Origin: Takakia lepidozioides
Lineage: Eukaryota; Plantae; Bryophyta
Length of the DNA stretch: 64,000 bases
Assembly: GCA_030704615.1 (NCBI GenBank)
Contig: CM060732.1
Location: forward strand, 29,388,001-29,452,000
Reading direction: 5' to 3'
In this document: positions 62,828 through 64,000 of the stretch, in pieces
Layout of the letters: each line of letters starts with the position of its first letter
How positions within the stretch are numbered: the stretch's first letter is position 1
The notes under the pieces: model-generated
Told to the model about the DNA's origin: nothing
Databases searched by the model: none
What the model saw: only the letters and a program-made list of their open reading frames with translations
Made by a program: the position numbers and the translations under genes

Positions 62828-64000
62828 ATGTCTCCGGAGGAATTCCAAAGTGCAGCGGATACAATGTTGGAGGAGACACACAGTAGCATTGGCAGAGTTC
62901 TGGGCAACAGGGTATTCCAGCGGACTCTTCGAATCCCACTCTGTCGCATGGTCTCCCTTCCCATCGTCAGGCAGGCACTTCCCGGAGATGTGGATCAGCT
63001 CAAGTTCGCATTTCGAGAAGGGTACCGTCTAGGTTCGCCAGCCTTCTACGTTTCCCTTGAGAATGAGGACGGCGAATCTCGTGGACCCACTGCGGATGAA
63101 TTGTCAACATGGGATACCCACTGGCACACTCGCAACGACGAATTCGAGGCAACGTTGAAGGGTGATCCAGACTTCGGCCATATGTCGGGTAAAATGTTCT
63201 TTGTGTGGGACGGGAATCACCGACTTCTTGCCTGGTGGGAGTACATCAAGCAGAACCATGCCACGCACATTGGCTGGCATTACATGGTGGAGTGTGTCAT
63301 CCTGAAGGTGAAGGCGGCAGACTCCTCCCTGCTCAAGAATGCCATGGCGGACCTCAACTCGTAAGATACTCATACCCTCCCAAGCACGTTCGAAATGCGG
63401 TGCCGCATTTTGGTTTCCAATCTGTTTTGTTTCCGTGCTTTCGTGGACTGAACTGGAGAGTGTGCCTTGCAGGGTCATTGAAAATGCGTACGTGCATACC
63501 CACATGGCACATATGCTGTACAGGGTGAGGAAAACTGGTCTCACTGATCAGCACATGTTTGCGGAAATGCTGGAGCCCGAGCTCATTCAGAAAGCCGTGG
63601 CAAAAACTGACCGGACATGGTATCATCTCACTATGGATGGAATGGTGGAGGTGATATACGAAGTAAGTCGTCATCCCATTTCCCTCTGCTCATCCTTCCC
63701 CAATTTTTAGTAATCTTTCCACATGAATCGAATGTAACGCTTCTGCATGTTTTTGTTGGCAGTCAAACATCAAGCTGGATTGGGCCCATGCCAAACGCTT
63801 CTTCATGGAAAGTGAGGGGCAGGTCAAAACGTTGCAGTCATTGACTGAGCACTTGAAGGAAGCCGGGGTCAAGTCCAGAATGAAATAGAAGTCAAAGCTT
63901 GTGAAGCTGGTGGCCATTGCAGATCCGGCACTTGGAGAGGACTTCATCCCCGAGATTGCAAAACACTATTCTCGGGCCATGCAGCCGACCATGCAGTTGG
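62828..64000 (+). pseudogene. Intron-containing ParB/sulfiredoxin-like domain gene running off the window
   Basis: IPLCRM..VRQAL..DVDQLK..F..GY and FFVWDGNHRLLAW (ParB/Srx GxxR motif). Phase-consistent introns 63361-63472 and 63663-63762; in-frame TAG at 63886-63888. Confidence 0.7.

Overview
Eukaryotic, transposon-dense window from a land plant, most likely seed-free (GT-AG introns, PLS-type PPR fragments, plant ISU, trihelix-like and chromovirus sequences). Only one host gene looks intact: a 3-exon mitochondrial Fe-S scaffold ISU/IscU at 41260-42724 (-). Mobile DNA includes: (i) a Mutator-superfamily transposase with a GCM-like Zn DNA-binding domain and a SWIM finger, preceded by a hairpin array; (ii) a complete 7.35-kb MULE with ~0.3-kb TIRs, a 9-bp TSD, convergent genes and dense AGTCYG motif arrays; (iii) a full-length but frameshifted chromovirus (Ty3/Gypsy) with a CACAT TSD; (iv) two adjacent TA-flanked Tc1/mariner-pogo derivatives; (v) a Copia-derived mini LTR element; (vi) a split DUF6570-type Helitron; (vii) Harbinger-like Myb/SANT relics; (viii) L1-like fragments. 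There is also a GH31 (sulfoquinovosidase-like) pseudogene and isolated exons of HECT, PPR, LRR, RUS, DCC1 and clathrin genes. The most notable items are a retroelement fragment in which an aspartic protease C-terminus is fused in frame to a DNMT3-like cytosine methyltransferase (52890-54010, with a second partial copy at 39130-39505), an intron-containing ParB/Srx-like gene at the right edge, the GCM-like transposase next to CGTTGACG hairpins, and the motif arrays in the MULE. Premature stops across the window are nearly all explained by C-to-T change, mostly at CG/CHG sites. All protein assignments come from motif recognition by eye; no searches were run.
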